Shown piece after piece: positions 17,748-24,163 of a DNA stretch of 64,000 nt. The position numbers and the translations under genes were made by a program. Position 1 is the stretch's first letter; the number at the start of each line of letters is the position of its first letter. The notes beneath the pieces were generated by a model. It made no database searches. It worked only from the letters and a program-made list of their open reading frames with translations, and was not told the DNA's origin. This DNA is from an uncultured Verrucomicrobiota bacterium (GTDB lineage: Bacteria; Verrucomicrobiota; Kiritimatiellia; RFP12; UBA1067): positions 17,599 through 81,598 of the forward strand of contig CAMZDY010000001.1 in NCBI GenBank assembly GCA_947305585.1. Direction: 5' to 3'.

Positions 17748-17995
17748 AATTTTTTCTTTCCTTCCCGGAATTCTTTGATGCTTACAATTATAACTTGATG
17801 GTCACAACAGGTTTGAATAACCTTGTCCCAAAACTCTGTGATGCTTTTGGCGCAGCCGCAACACCACCTATCGTACACTTTCTCGCCGCCTAGCTTTCTA
17901 GCCTTAAAGTCAACAGCGTATACTTTGTATTCGCTGAAAGGGTTGGAAATATGCGTCTTTCTCAACCGCGCAATCCACTCTTTAATTTTCTTCAT
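17744..17995 (-). CDS. Phage small Cys-rich protein, 83 aa
   Basis: Start MKKIKEW after GGAGGAGG. Contains WCCGCAKS...TCCDHQ. Confidence 0.4.
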   Translation of the reverse strand: MKKIKEWIARLRKTHISNPFSEYKVYAVDFKARKLGGEKVYDRWCCGCAKSITEFWDKVIQTCCDHQVIIVSIKEFREGKKKL

Positions 17996-18016
17996 TTCCC
18001 CTCCTCCTGTTCTGTG

Positions 18017-18036
18017 CTCGCGCATTCATGCGCGAG
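18017..18036 (-). promoter_or_regulatory. Perfect 20-bp palindrome CTCGCGCAT-tc-ATGCGCGAG, copy 1, about 20 nt upstream of the RBS of the 83-aa gene
   Basis: Seen directly. A second copy lies at 20910-20929. Confidence 0.4.
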
Positions 18037-18043
18037 GTTTGCG

Positions 18044-18214
18044 TCATACGGCGGTCATCCATTTGCCGGTGGAAGTGCGGCGGATGCCGGGCGGGCAGAC
18101 GGCATCCTCGCCGTCGCCGTAGCCGGAGCCGTAGCCGTCGCCGTAGCCGGAGCCGGAGCCGTCGCCGTAGCCGGAGCCGTAGCCGGAGCCTTTTTTTATG
18201 CTCTTGCCGACCAT
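18044..18214 (-). CDS. Gly/Tyr-repeat micro-protein, 56 aa (MVGKSIKKGSGYGSGYGDGSGSGYGDGYGSGYGDGEDAVCPPG...)
   Basis: Hand-translated. Encoded by the 15-nt tandem repeat tract. Under 60 aa, so absent from the track. Confidence 0.3.
   Translation of the reverse strand: MVGKSIKKGSGYGSGYGDGSGSGYGDGYGSGYGDGEDAVCPPGIRRTSTGKWMTAV
18107..18190 (-). repeat. Imperfect tandem repeats (units GCCGTAGCCGGAGCC / GCCGTAGCCGTCGCC) encoding GSGYG/GDGYG repeats
   Basis: Seen directly. Produces mirror shadow ORFs on both strands (17982-18293 minus, 18028-18357 plus). Confidence 0.6.
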
Positions 18215-18513
18215 ACCGGCACCTCGCTAATCGACTTGATGGCTTCCGGCGTAGCCGGTATAACCTCAATCGCTTCCGTGAGCGACACTTCATCTACCTC
18301 GCAGGGGAACTTGCATTCGAGCGGCTTGCTTACGCCGTGCATTGCCAGTTCCGATAGACTTGCCGCCCCCGCCCAATACCAAAGCCGCCTCGCCTTGGTA
18401 AGTGTTACCTCCTTGCCTTTACGCGTCTGGAGCCATCCCGCCCAGGCTCCGGCCGAATATGTACGGACGATCACATACTTGCCTCGCGCCGCCTGTTTTT
18501 TTGTAGTTGCCAT
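18196..18513 (-). CDS. Phage hypothetical protein, 105 aa
   Basis: Intact ORF. Confidence 0.35.
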   Translation of the reverse strand: MATTKKQAARGKYVIVRTYSAGAWAGWLQTRKGKEVTLTKARRLWYWAGAASLSELAMHGVSKPLECKFPCEVDEVSLTEAIEVIPATPEAIKSISEVPVWSARA

Positions 18514-19000
18514 ACTTTTCTCCTTTGGTAGGTTTCTGTTTTATCTGGCACCACCCGGTGCCGTCAAATCCTCGACTATTCTGGTCAACCGGCTCGCAAA
18601 GCGCATTACCACCGGCGACTCTTTGCTCATCCAGCGGCGTTGCGCAAAGTCGCGCATTTCCCGCCCCAATTCTCTAAGCGCATCCAGGCTGTTCTTCAGA
18701 ATACATTTATTTCCACCCCCGGCGGCCGCGCACCCCCCGCCCTCCCCCCCCGCCCCCTTGCGGAAGGGGAGGGGCGAAATCGGGCCCTCGGCCAGACGCT
18801 CGGCGCTTACCTCTATCGGCTCGACCAGGTTTCGCAAAGTTCCTTCCTGGCCCTTCTGCCCGTCCGCACTTTCCTCTCGAAATTCGCACCTTTCCAAAAC
18901 CGACCCCCGTTCTTTCCCGGGCCTCTCCATCATCGACTCCCGATCGCTCTCACATCGAGCATCGCACCTCTCCGGCAGCATCTCCCGGCCATTCCTGCTC

Positions 19001-19040
19001 AAATTACCCACCGAATTACCCACCATTTCAAATTACCCCC
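19001..19040 (-). repeat. Three direct copies of AATTACCC(A), the reverse complement of the int-proximal TTGGGTAAT sites
   Basis: Copies at 19003-19010, 19015-19022 and 19032-19038, straddling the stop of the HTH gene. Confidence 0.5.
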
Positions 19041-19648
19041 GTATTTATTGGCCTTTTCCCACTTTCGTCGCTCTGTTCAACAGAGCAACATCCCTCGTTT
19101 CCGCTCTCCGTGGAACACTTCCCTTCACTTCCCTCATCACTTCCCGCACCCTCCTGCGCAAAATTTTTCCCCGCCCTCAACCCATCCATAAGTTCGTCAT
19201 AGTCGATCACTTCACCTTCATCGGCCGCCGCTTTTTTTACCGGCTTATCTGTGCTACCTTCCGTCTCTTTAGCCGAATCCTTAAATCCGCTCAACTTCAT
19301 CAGCTCGCCCATGCTCACTTCATCCTTATCGAGCTTATCATTCAGTACTTCCAGTGCTTTAAGTTCTATCATTCCCCTCAACGTCCGCTTTCTATCACTT
19401 ACAAAAAAAGGGCGCGCCGACTGCATATCCCGCAGCGCTGCCACCGTCCGTTTGCTCACCTGCCAAATATCCGCGATCGCGCTCACCGGTATGCCATACT
19501 CCAGCGCCTTGACAATCGACTCCGCCACCGCCGGATAGTTCTTCAGCAGCACACCCGCCGTATACGACTTCTCGTCGCGCAAGTCGGCCGCGCCGATCTT
19601 GTCCGGCAAGTACTGCTCCATCCCTGGTAGTGCCGATTGCTCAGACAT
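19028..19648 (-). CDS. HTH DNA-binding protein, 206 aa, with a Ser/Glu-rich acidic C-terminal tail
   Basis: Helix-turn-helix-like segment GIPVSAIADIWQVSKRTVAALRD. Confidence 0.4.
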   Translation of the reverse strand: MSEQSALPGMEQYLPDKIGAADLRDEKSYTAGVLLKNYPAVAESIVKALEYGIPVSAIADIWQVSKRTVAALRDMQSARPFFVSDRKRTLRGMIELKALEVLNDKLDKDEVSMGELMKLSGFKDSAKETEGSTDKPVKKAAADEGEVIDYDELMDGLRAGKNFAQEGAGSDEGSEGKCSTESGNEGCCSVEQSDESGKRPINTGVI

Positions 19649-19865
19649 CTCTCGCCATCCTTTGCCGCCTGGCCTGGTAATCCATCACGTCACGCCACAG
19701 AATAAACTTCACGCCGCTTTCCTCCTCTACCATATACGGCAACCCATACGCACCCTTCGATCGCCGCCACAGCTCCATCTTGCCGTACACCCAGTCGCGC
19801 GAATGCCCCATCGCCCTCGCGCACTGCGTCACCGTCATCTCCGATAGCTGCCCCTGCGCGCTCAT
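19641..19865 (-). CDS. Small HTH protein (excisionase / AlpA-like), 74 aa
   Basis: Internal start MSAQGQLSEMTVTQCARAMGHSRDWVYGKM. The track's GC-rich N-terminal extension was rejected. Confidence 0.35.
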   Translation of the reverse strand: MSAQGQLSEMTVTQCARAMGHSRDWVYGKMELWRRSKGAYGLPYMVEEESGVKFILWRDVMDYQARRQRMARDV

Positions 19866-20155
19866 TTCCGCTGTCTCCTCATCACCTCGATCATCTTGGC
19901 CGCGTCCATAAACGCCACCGGTGCCGACGCGCTCACGTGATACACGTCGTCGCCGCCCTCGAATTGGCAATGCTCGTGCCGGTTCGCGCCCATAAAACCC
20001 AGCACCTCCACTCTCCCGGCATACGTATCGGCAATCTCCGCGAACCTCGCCACGCCCTGCTCCACACCCACGCAGCACACCAACCGCCGCCGCTCCTGGC
20101 CCTGCACCGCCGGGAACGCCCAATACGCCTCGCCCTTGACGAACCTCTCAACCAT
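19862..20155 (-). CDS. Phage hypothetical protein, 97 aa
   Basis: Start MVERFVKGEAYW. Overlaps its neighbours by 4-8 nt, suggesting coupled translation. Confidence 0.35.
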   Translation of the reverse strand: MVERFVKGEAYWAFPAVQGQERRRLVCCVGVEQGVARFAEIADTYAGRVEVLGFMGANRHEHCQFEGGDDVYHVSASAPVAFMDAAKMIEVMRRQRK

Positions 20156-20477
20156 GCCGCACCTCCTTCGCTCTGTACCGCCTGGATGGCTGCCGCTCGC
20201 GCGTCCACCGCCCTTGATTGACCGTCCGCCACCGCCTGCCACTCTTGACGATTTCCCGCGCCGCATACGCCGCGCCTGCCCTCGCCACCAAAAAACGCCC
20301 CGCGCACACCGTGCCCTTCCGCGCGGCGCTCCACACCGCATTGATCGAGCACCGCGCCACCTTCGCCGCTTCCCACTTGTCCACGCCCGTCACCTCGTTG
20401 CCGGTGTCCAGGTCCAGCATCACGAACTGCTGCACCGCGCGCGGTCGCCTCGGAAACGCATACTCACTTAGCCTCAT
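20148..20477 (-). CDS. Phage hypothetical protein, 109 aa
   Basis: Intact ORF. Confidence 0.35.
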   Translation of the reverse strand: MRLSEYAFPRRPRAVQQFVMLDLDTGNEVTGVDKWEAAKVARCSINAVWSAARKGTVCAGRFLVARAGAAYAAREIVKSGRRWRTVNQGRWTRERQPSRRYRAKEVRHG

Positions 20478-20637
20478 CTTTCACCTCCTCCGCTCCGTCG
20501 CCCACCAGCGCTCGCACCAGCCTCAGCCCGTGCGCGTGCACCAGCGGTGTATCATGCTCCTTCTCCAACTGGTAATCCACTTCCATCACCAGCTTCTTCC
20601 CCTCGCGCGGCCTGATCCGTACGATAATCTTCATTTC
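20464..20637 (-). CDS. Phage micro-protein, about 56 aa (MKIIVRIRPREGKKLVMEVDYQ...)
   Basis: Hand-translated; overlaps both neighbours. Confidence 0.25.
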   Translation of the reverse strand, partial: EMKIIVRIRPREGKKLVMEVDYQLEKEHDTPLVHAHGLRLVRALVGDGAEEVKDEAK

Positions 20638-20888
20638 GCCTCCTCCACCCGCTCGAACTCGCCGGTGTAAATCTCGCGGTCCGCATCGAAATGATCCTTG
20701 AAAAACTTCCGCGTCACCCGGTAGCGCCGGTAGCCGGTAATACCGAACTCATCCTTGAATCGTACCAGCACCTCCTCCCCGATCTCGATCCCCCTCAAGA
20801 GCGTCGGCCGGGTCGTCGTAAACCGCCGCCCCTTCCTGGAGAGCCCGCTATTATCCCCCACCGTAATCTTCTTGATTTTGTTTTCCAT
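20631..20888 (-). CDS. Phage hypothetical protein, 85 aa
   Basis: Start MENKIKKITV preceded by AAGGAGG. Confidence 0.4.
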   Translation of the reverse strand: MENKIKKITVGDNSGLSRKGRRFTTTRPTLLRGIEIGEEVLVRFKDEFGITGYRRYRVTRKFFKDHFDADREIYTGEFERVEEAK

Positions 20889-20889
20889 C

Positions 20890-21078
20890 TCACACCTCCT
20901 TGTCCAATGCCCGCGCATTCATGCGCGAGATTCTTACTTGCTCGATACACGCCTGCGCCTGCCGCCGGATGCTGCGCCCTTCCTCTCGCGCCACCTCGCG
21001 CAGAAATTCCAGCTGCTCCGGATTCGCTGGCACCAGCACCAGTTTGTCGCTTTCGCCTGCTATCTTCGGTCGTCCCAT
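20890..21078 (-). CDS. Ribbon-helix-helix (CopG/Arc-like) regulator, 62 aa (MGRPKIAGESDKLVLVPANPEQLEFLREVAREEGRS...)
   Basis: MGRPK start, one beta-strand then two helices. Two operator copies lie immediately upstream. Confidence 0.45.
   Translation of the reverse strand: MGRPKIAGESDKLVLVPANPEQLEFLREVAREEGRSIRRQAQACIEQVRISRMNARALDKEV
20910..20929 (-). promoter_or_regulatory. Palindrome copy 2 (CCGCGCAT-tc-ATGCGCGAG), inside the 3' end of the RHH gene and about 25 nt upstream of the next ATG
   Basis: Seen directly: a 16-bp perfect core, 19 of 20 matching copy 1. Confidence 0.4.
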
Positions 21079-21092
21079 AATGTTTAGACACT
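21079..21092 (-). promoter_or_regulatory. Operator copy 1 (AATGTTTAGACACT), abutting the ATG of the RHH gene
   Basis: One of three copies sharing the AATGTTTAGACA(C/T)T core. Confidence 0.45.
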
Positions 21093-21115
21093 CTTAGGGT
21101 ATTAGAAAATTTTGC

Positions 21116-21269
21116 TTATGCAAAAATGTGCAAATGTTTAGACACTTTTTTGCCAGCAAAAAGTCTGGTGTAGTGTTTCAAAGCCTCTTCGATGGTGACA
21201 CCCATCGCCTTGGCCCGTTCGGTTATGAACTGCTGCGTCTCCTTCGAGAGTTTAGTGAAGTCGATCACG
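21116..21269 (-). CDS. Possible small RHH protein, about 50 aa, from a GTG start (VIDFTKLSKETQQFITERAKAMGVTIEEALKHY...)
   Basis: RHH-like pattern. The GTG is preceded by AAGGAAAGG. Overlaps the 3' end of the 92-aa gene. Confidence 0.25.
21133..21146 (-). promoter_or_regulatory. Operator copy 2 (AATGTTTAGACACT)
   Basis: 54 nt from copy 1; it flanks a TTGCA...TAATAC promoter-like stretch. Confidence 0.45.
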
Positions 21270-21543
21270 CTGCACCGCCTTTCCTTTTGTTGACAATACT
21301 TAAATGGACCATCTCCAGGGCGGCTTTGTACGCCGCCTTGTACTGGCGAGCGATCTCGCCGTTCTTCATGATCCCGCATCCGATGGCCTTTGACGTGATT
21401 CCGTCAATCACCATCTGCGTAATCGTCTCTCCTGTCTTGTCGCACACCAGCACCGCCAGCGCGCGCACTTCCGGATCGACGTAGCCACCCACCAACGTTT
21501 TCGTTGGCTTGTGCTTTCCGGACCTTCCGTTTTTCTCTCTCAT
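21265..21543 (-). CDS. RHH-type repressor candidate, 92 aa (KTLVGGYVDPEVRALAVLVCDKTGETITQMVIDGI...)
   Basis: Its own promoter carries operator copy 3 between the -35 and -10. Transcribed divergently from the plus-strand moron genes. Confidence 0.45.
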   Translation of the reverse strand: MREKNGRSGKHKPTKTLVGGYVDPEVRALAVLVCDKTGETITQMVIDGITSKAIGCGIMKNGEIARQYKAAYKAALEMVHLSIVNKRKGGAA

Positions 21544-21571
21544 GATGCCTTTCCTTGGTAGATACGCGAAT

Positions 21572-21601
21572 ATTATATCAAATGTTTAGACATTTTGTCA
21601 A
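21572..21601 (-). promoter_or_regulatory. Consensus sigma70 promoter TTGACA-18-TATAAT whose spacer is the AAATGTTTAGACATTT operator (copy 3, 21580-21595)
   Basis: Seen directly; 28 nt upstream of the 92-aa gene's ATG. Confidence 0.55.
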
Positions 21602-21625
21602 GGGGGTAAATGATATTTTTTCAAT

Positions 21626-21664
21626 ATCGCTCTTGCCCCCACTCCCAAAATATGCTATAATACT
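21626..21664 (+). promoter_or_regulatory. Promoter repeat A (TTGCCC-17-TGcTATAAT) driving plus-strand moron gene 1
   Basis: 39-nt element, 34 of 39 identical to 22399-22437. Confidence 0.5.
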
Positions 21665-21704
21665 GTGTGTTCTCCGCAAAACTACTACCAACCACAACTA
21701 ACCT

Positions 21705-22277
21705 ATGATTACTTGCCCCAATTGCCAGCACCGCTTTCCGATCGACCGCGCCGAAACTGTCGAGCATCCTTGGTTAATACTGTCACAACCATTTTTCGTC
21801 GCAACCAATCTGCGCATCATAACCAAGGATCGCATTATCAATCTGGCCGATATTGAAGATTGCTTTGTGAAATCCAGATATACGCCAACGTACATCACCC
21901 TACGCCTTACCGATTGGCTTTTCTCCCTTATTGCTCTCCCTGCGTTAATACTCCATTTCGTGCATTTCAAGGTTTTGGCGATCATTCTTTCAATCCTGGG
22001 CTTGCTTGGTTATTTTGTCTTGGTTGGCAAGTATTTGCTTCCGATTTTGGAATACCATTATAAAACACACACGCTGTATATAAAGCTTAAGGATGGTCCA
22101 ATCCTTTCCATTCCTGTTTCCGATCCGTATATTGCTCCCAGTATAATGCGCTGGACTAGGATTTCAGAAAAGGCTTCGGCACATGGCGTAATGGCACAGC
22201 CGGATCCTTTTTACGATTTAATCATCAAGCCCGAAGTTAGAAACTACAAACCGGAGCATCCCGAAGATTGGGAATAG
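21705..22277 (+). CDS. Moron protein 1, 190 aa: N-terminal CPNC zinc-ribbon-like motif, two adjacent transmembrane helices, beta-rich flanks (possibly a bacterial PH-like domain)
   Basis: Lower GC than its surroundings. Has its own promoter and a hairpin. It and the next gene are the only plus-strand genes in the prophage. Confidence 0.55.
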   Translation: MITCPNCQHRFPIDRAETVEHPWLILSQPFFVATNLRIITKDRIINLADIEDCFVKSRYTPTYITLRLTDWLFSLIALPALILHFVHFKVLAIILSILGLLGYFVLVGKYLLPILEYHYKTHTLYIKLKDGPILSIPVSDPYIAPSIMRWTRISEKASAHGVMAQPDPFYDLIIKPEVRNYKPEHPEDWE

Positions 22278-22290
22278 CCCCGGTTCTGCC

Positions 22291-22309
22291 GCGCCCCGTC
22301 CCGGGGCGC
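22291..22309 (+). terminator. GC hairpin GCGCCCC-gtccc-GGGGCGC after moron gene 1; no clear U-tract
   Basis: Part of a 39-nt repeat (22275-22313) duplicated at 23051-23095. Confidence 0.35.
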
Positions 22310-22398
22310 ACTTTGGCCGCAGAATTTCCCATTTTCCCTATTGACTTTTGATGGGGAAATATGATATCATATGAGGCAGAAACACCCAAAGTGGGTGT

Positions 22399-22437
22399 AT
22401 CGCTCTTGCCCCTACCACGAAAATGTGCTATAATACT
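22399..22437 (+). promoter_or_regulatory. Promoter repeat B (TTGCCC-17-TGcTATAAT) driving moron gene 2; the ATG lies about 10 nt after the -10, so the mRNA is near-leaderless
   Basis: Duplicate of repeat A. Confidence 0.5.
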
Positions 22438-22444
22438 TAGCAAT

Positions 22445-23053
22445 ATGTGCAAAAACTTCGTCACCAAAGCAAAGTCGTTCCTTGCCCGCTCTCGCGCCTG
22501 GATAGTTCGTATCGCCGTCAATCTTGTCAAAGCGGGCGCATCTTGCCTCAGTAATCTTTTATTCGTGGTGCTCGGCATAATCGGTATCGTTTCTACAGCC
22601 TTGTGGTGGCCACCATGTTCACCTATCTTAATCGCTACCCATCTTTTGTCTGGCACTGAGCAAAAGTGGTATGTCGAACCGTCGGACGAGTCTGACCAAT
22701 ATCTCATTTACACCCACACTGATAATAACCCTGAAAATACCGGCGTTGTTATTCTTGCAACTAAAGGAGATGACCAATACTATTACGGTATTGCTGCAAT
22801 TGCCTCGATCGCACAGCCGCTTGATCCATCCTGGCCGTTTATATCCGTATCGTTTGATGATAATGAAACACACTTAAAGCGTGTAATTATTGACCCCAAC
22901 CGACGCACACTTCTCTTGCCCGAGCTCTACGGCCCAGATATTTATCGCGTATCTGAAATAACCTTTGTATATCGGTCAACCACCGGTGAAGAAGTGTCTA
23001 CGACTATTGATCTGTCTGGTGTAAAACCTAAATTCGATCGGCTGCTTAAATAG
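22445..23053 (+). CDS. Moron protein 2, 202 aa from MCKNFVTKAK: N-terminal membrane anchor plus a roughly 150-aa exported or soluble domain
   Basis: Internal ATG placed directly after promoter B. One transmembrane helix (LLFVVLGIIGIVSTALWW). Low GC. Confidence 0.5.
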   Translation: MCKNFVTKAKSFLARSRAWIVRIAVNLVKAGASCLSNLLFVVLGIIGIVSTALWWPPCSPILIATHLLSGTEQKWYVEPSDESDQYLIYTHTDNNPENTGVVILATKGDDQYYYGIAAIASIAQPLDPSWPFISVSFDDNETHLKRVIIDPNRRTLLLPELYGPDIYRVSEITFVYRSTTGEEVSTTIDLSGVKPKFDRLLK

Positions 23054-23072
23054 CCCTCTCCCCGGTTCTGCC

Positions 23073-23092
23073 GCGCCCCGTCCCCGGGGCGC
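23073..23092 (+). terminator. Second copy of the GC hairpin (GCGCCCCG-tccc-CGGGGCGC), shared between moron gene 2 and the convergent toxin gene
   Basis: Abuts the toxin stop codon at 23095-23097. Confidence 0.35.
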
Positions 23093-23094
23093 AC

Positions 23095-23529
23095 TCACGC
23101 CGTCACCGCGCGCTTCACCGCTTCCGGCACCCTGCGACTCGCCACGATTCCCCGCGCTATCTGGTCCATCACCGCCGCCGGCATATCCTGGCACTTCACC
23201 GTGCGCTTGCGCTCCAGCATCTCCATAAACTCTGCTTTAGTCTTCTGGAATACGGTGTTGCAATTCACGTACGATTCTTTCGTCTGCCCGTCGAACGTCG
23301 GCAGATTTGGTATCGTCACCAGCGTCTTCGGATCGGCGCCCCATAGCTCGATCAGTTTCCGGTTCGTCGCACCTTGCGATGTCACCAGCACCAGATACAC
23401 CGTCGGATCCTTGCGCGGCTCGCTGTTGGCCACCACCAGGAAATGCAGCTCCTGGTTCGGCAACTCCGGCAGCACGGCCTTCATCATCGTGCCGCGCCGC
23501 AGAAAGAGATTAAGCTCCCATTCTTTCAC
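23095..23529 (-). CDS. Toxin partner of the Panacea antitoxin, 144 aa (or 130 aa from MMKAVL); MazF/PemK-like fold suspected
   Basis: 4-nt overlap with the upstream Panacea gene. The pattern HFLVVANSEPRK..PTVYLVLVTSQ...ESYVNCNTVFQKTKAEFMEML loosely parallels MazF core strands. Confidence 0.4.
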   Translation of the reverse strand: MKEWELNLFLRRGTMMKAVLPELPNQELHFLVVANSEPRKDPTVYLVLVTSQGATNRKLIELWGADPKTLVTIPNLPTFDGQTKESYVNCNTVFQKTKAEFMEMLERKRTVKCQDMPAAVMDQIARGIVASRRVPEAVKRAVTA

Positions 23530-24095
23530 AGCGCAGCCACCCAGGCGGTTTCTTCATAGGCGGCCTTGGCCGTCTTCACCCACTCCGGATCTGCGCTGCA
23601 ATATTCAACGCCCTTCGACGGGCTCAAAAAGAAATCCTCGAACTTCATCCTGCACTTGCTCCTGCCGGAATTGCGCGCCCGCCGCCACTCCGGGAACCGG
23701 TGCGTATAGGCGATTATGTCCGGATGCTTGCGATAAACCTCCACCGCCACATCCAGCGACTCCTTGTCCGCCTCCGACAACTGCTCGAACTGGTCGTTCC
23801 CGATCGCCACCAGGTTGGCTGCATTCTTCGTTTCCAGCGGCACCACTGTCAAGTATTTGCTGGAATATTTCGCCTCTTCTTTCGCCTCGCCCTTGAGTAT
23901 TCGCTCGGCATATACCGGTAGCGGCCCGTACTGCATTGCATTGTAGCAATCGCCGGTAATTGTTATTCCGCTCTTCCGGAGACTATCCCTGTCCGCCAGG
24001 TACAGTAGTTTGTACGCATGTAGCCGGTTTAAGCCGCCCACACCGCACTTGCCTGCCAGATACGCCACCGCCTGTACTATCTTCTGGTAGTTCAT
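23526..24095 (-). CDS. Panacea-domain (DUF4065, GepA/SocA-like) antitoxin, 189 aa
   Basis: Hallmark motif LNRLHAYKLLYLADRDSLRKSGITITGDCYNAMQYGPLPVYAERI. Confidence 0.6.
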   Translation of the reverse strand: MNYQKIVQAVAYLAGKCGVGGLNRLHAYKLLYLADRDSLRKSGITITGDCYNAMQYGPLPVYAERILKGEAKEEAKYSSKYLTVVPLETKNAANLVAIGNDQFEQLSEADKESLDVAVEVYRKHPDIIAYTHRFPEWRRARNSGRSKCRMKFEDFFLSPSKGVEYCSADPEWVKTAKAAYEETAWVAAL

Positions 24096-24163
24096 TCTTG
24101 TCTCTTTTTGGATTTTGTGCGTATATTATACCATATTTCGCCCAGCGTTGTCAAGCATTTTCT

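Noticed and set aside
18107-18190. Possibility that the short tandem repeats are a degenerate CRISPR array.
   Set aside because: The units are 12-15 nt, contiguous, without spacers and in frame (they encode Gly/Tyr repeats). No cas genes are present. It is a coding micro-satellite.
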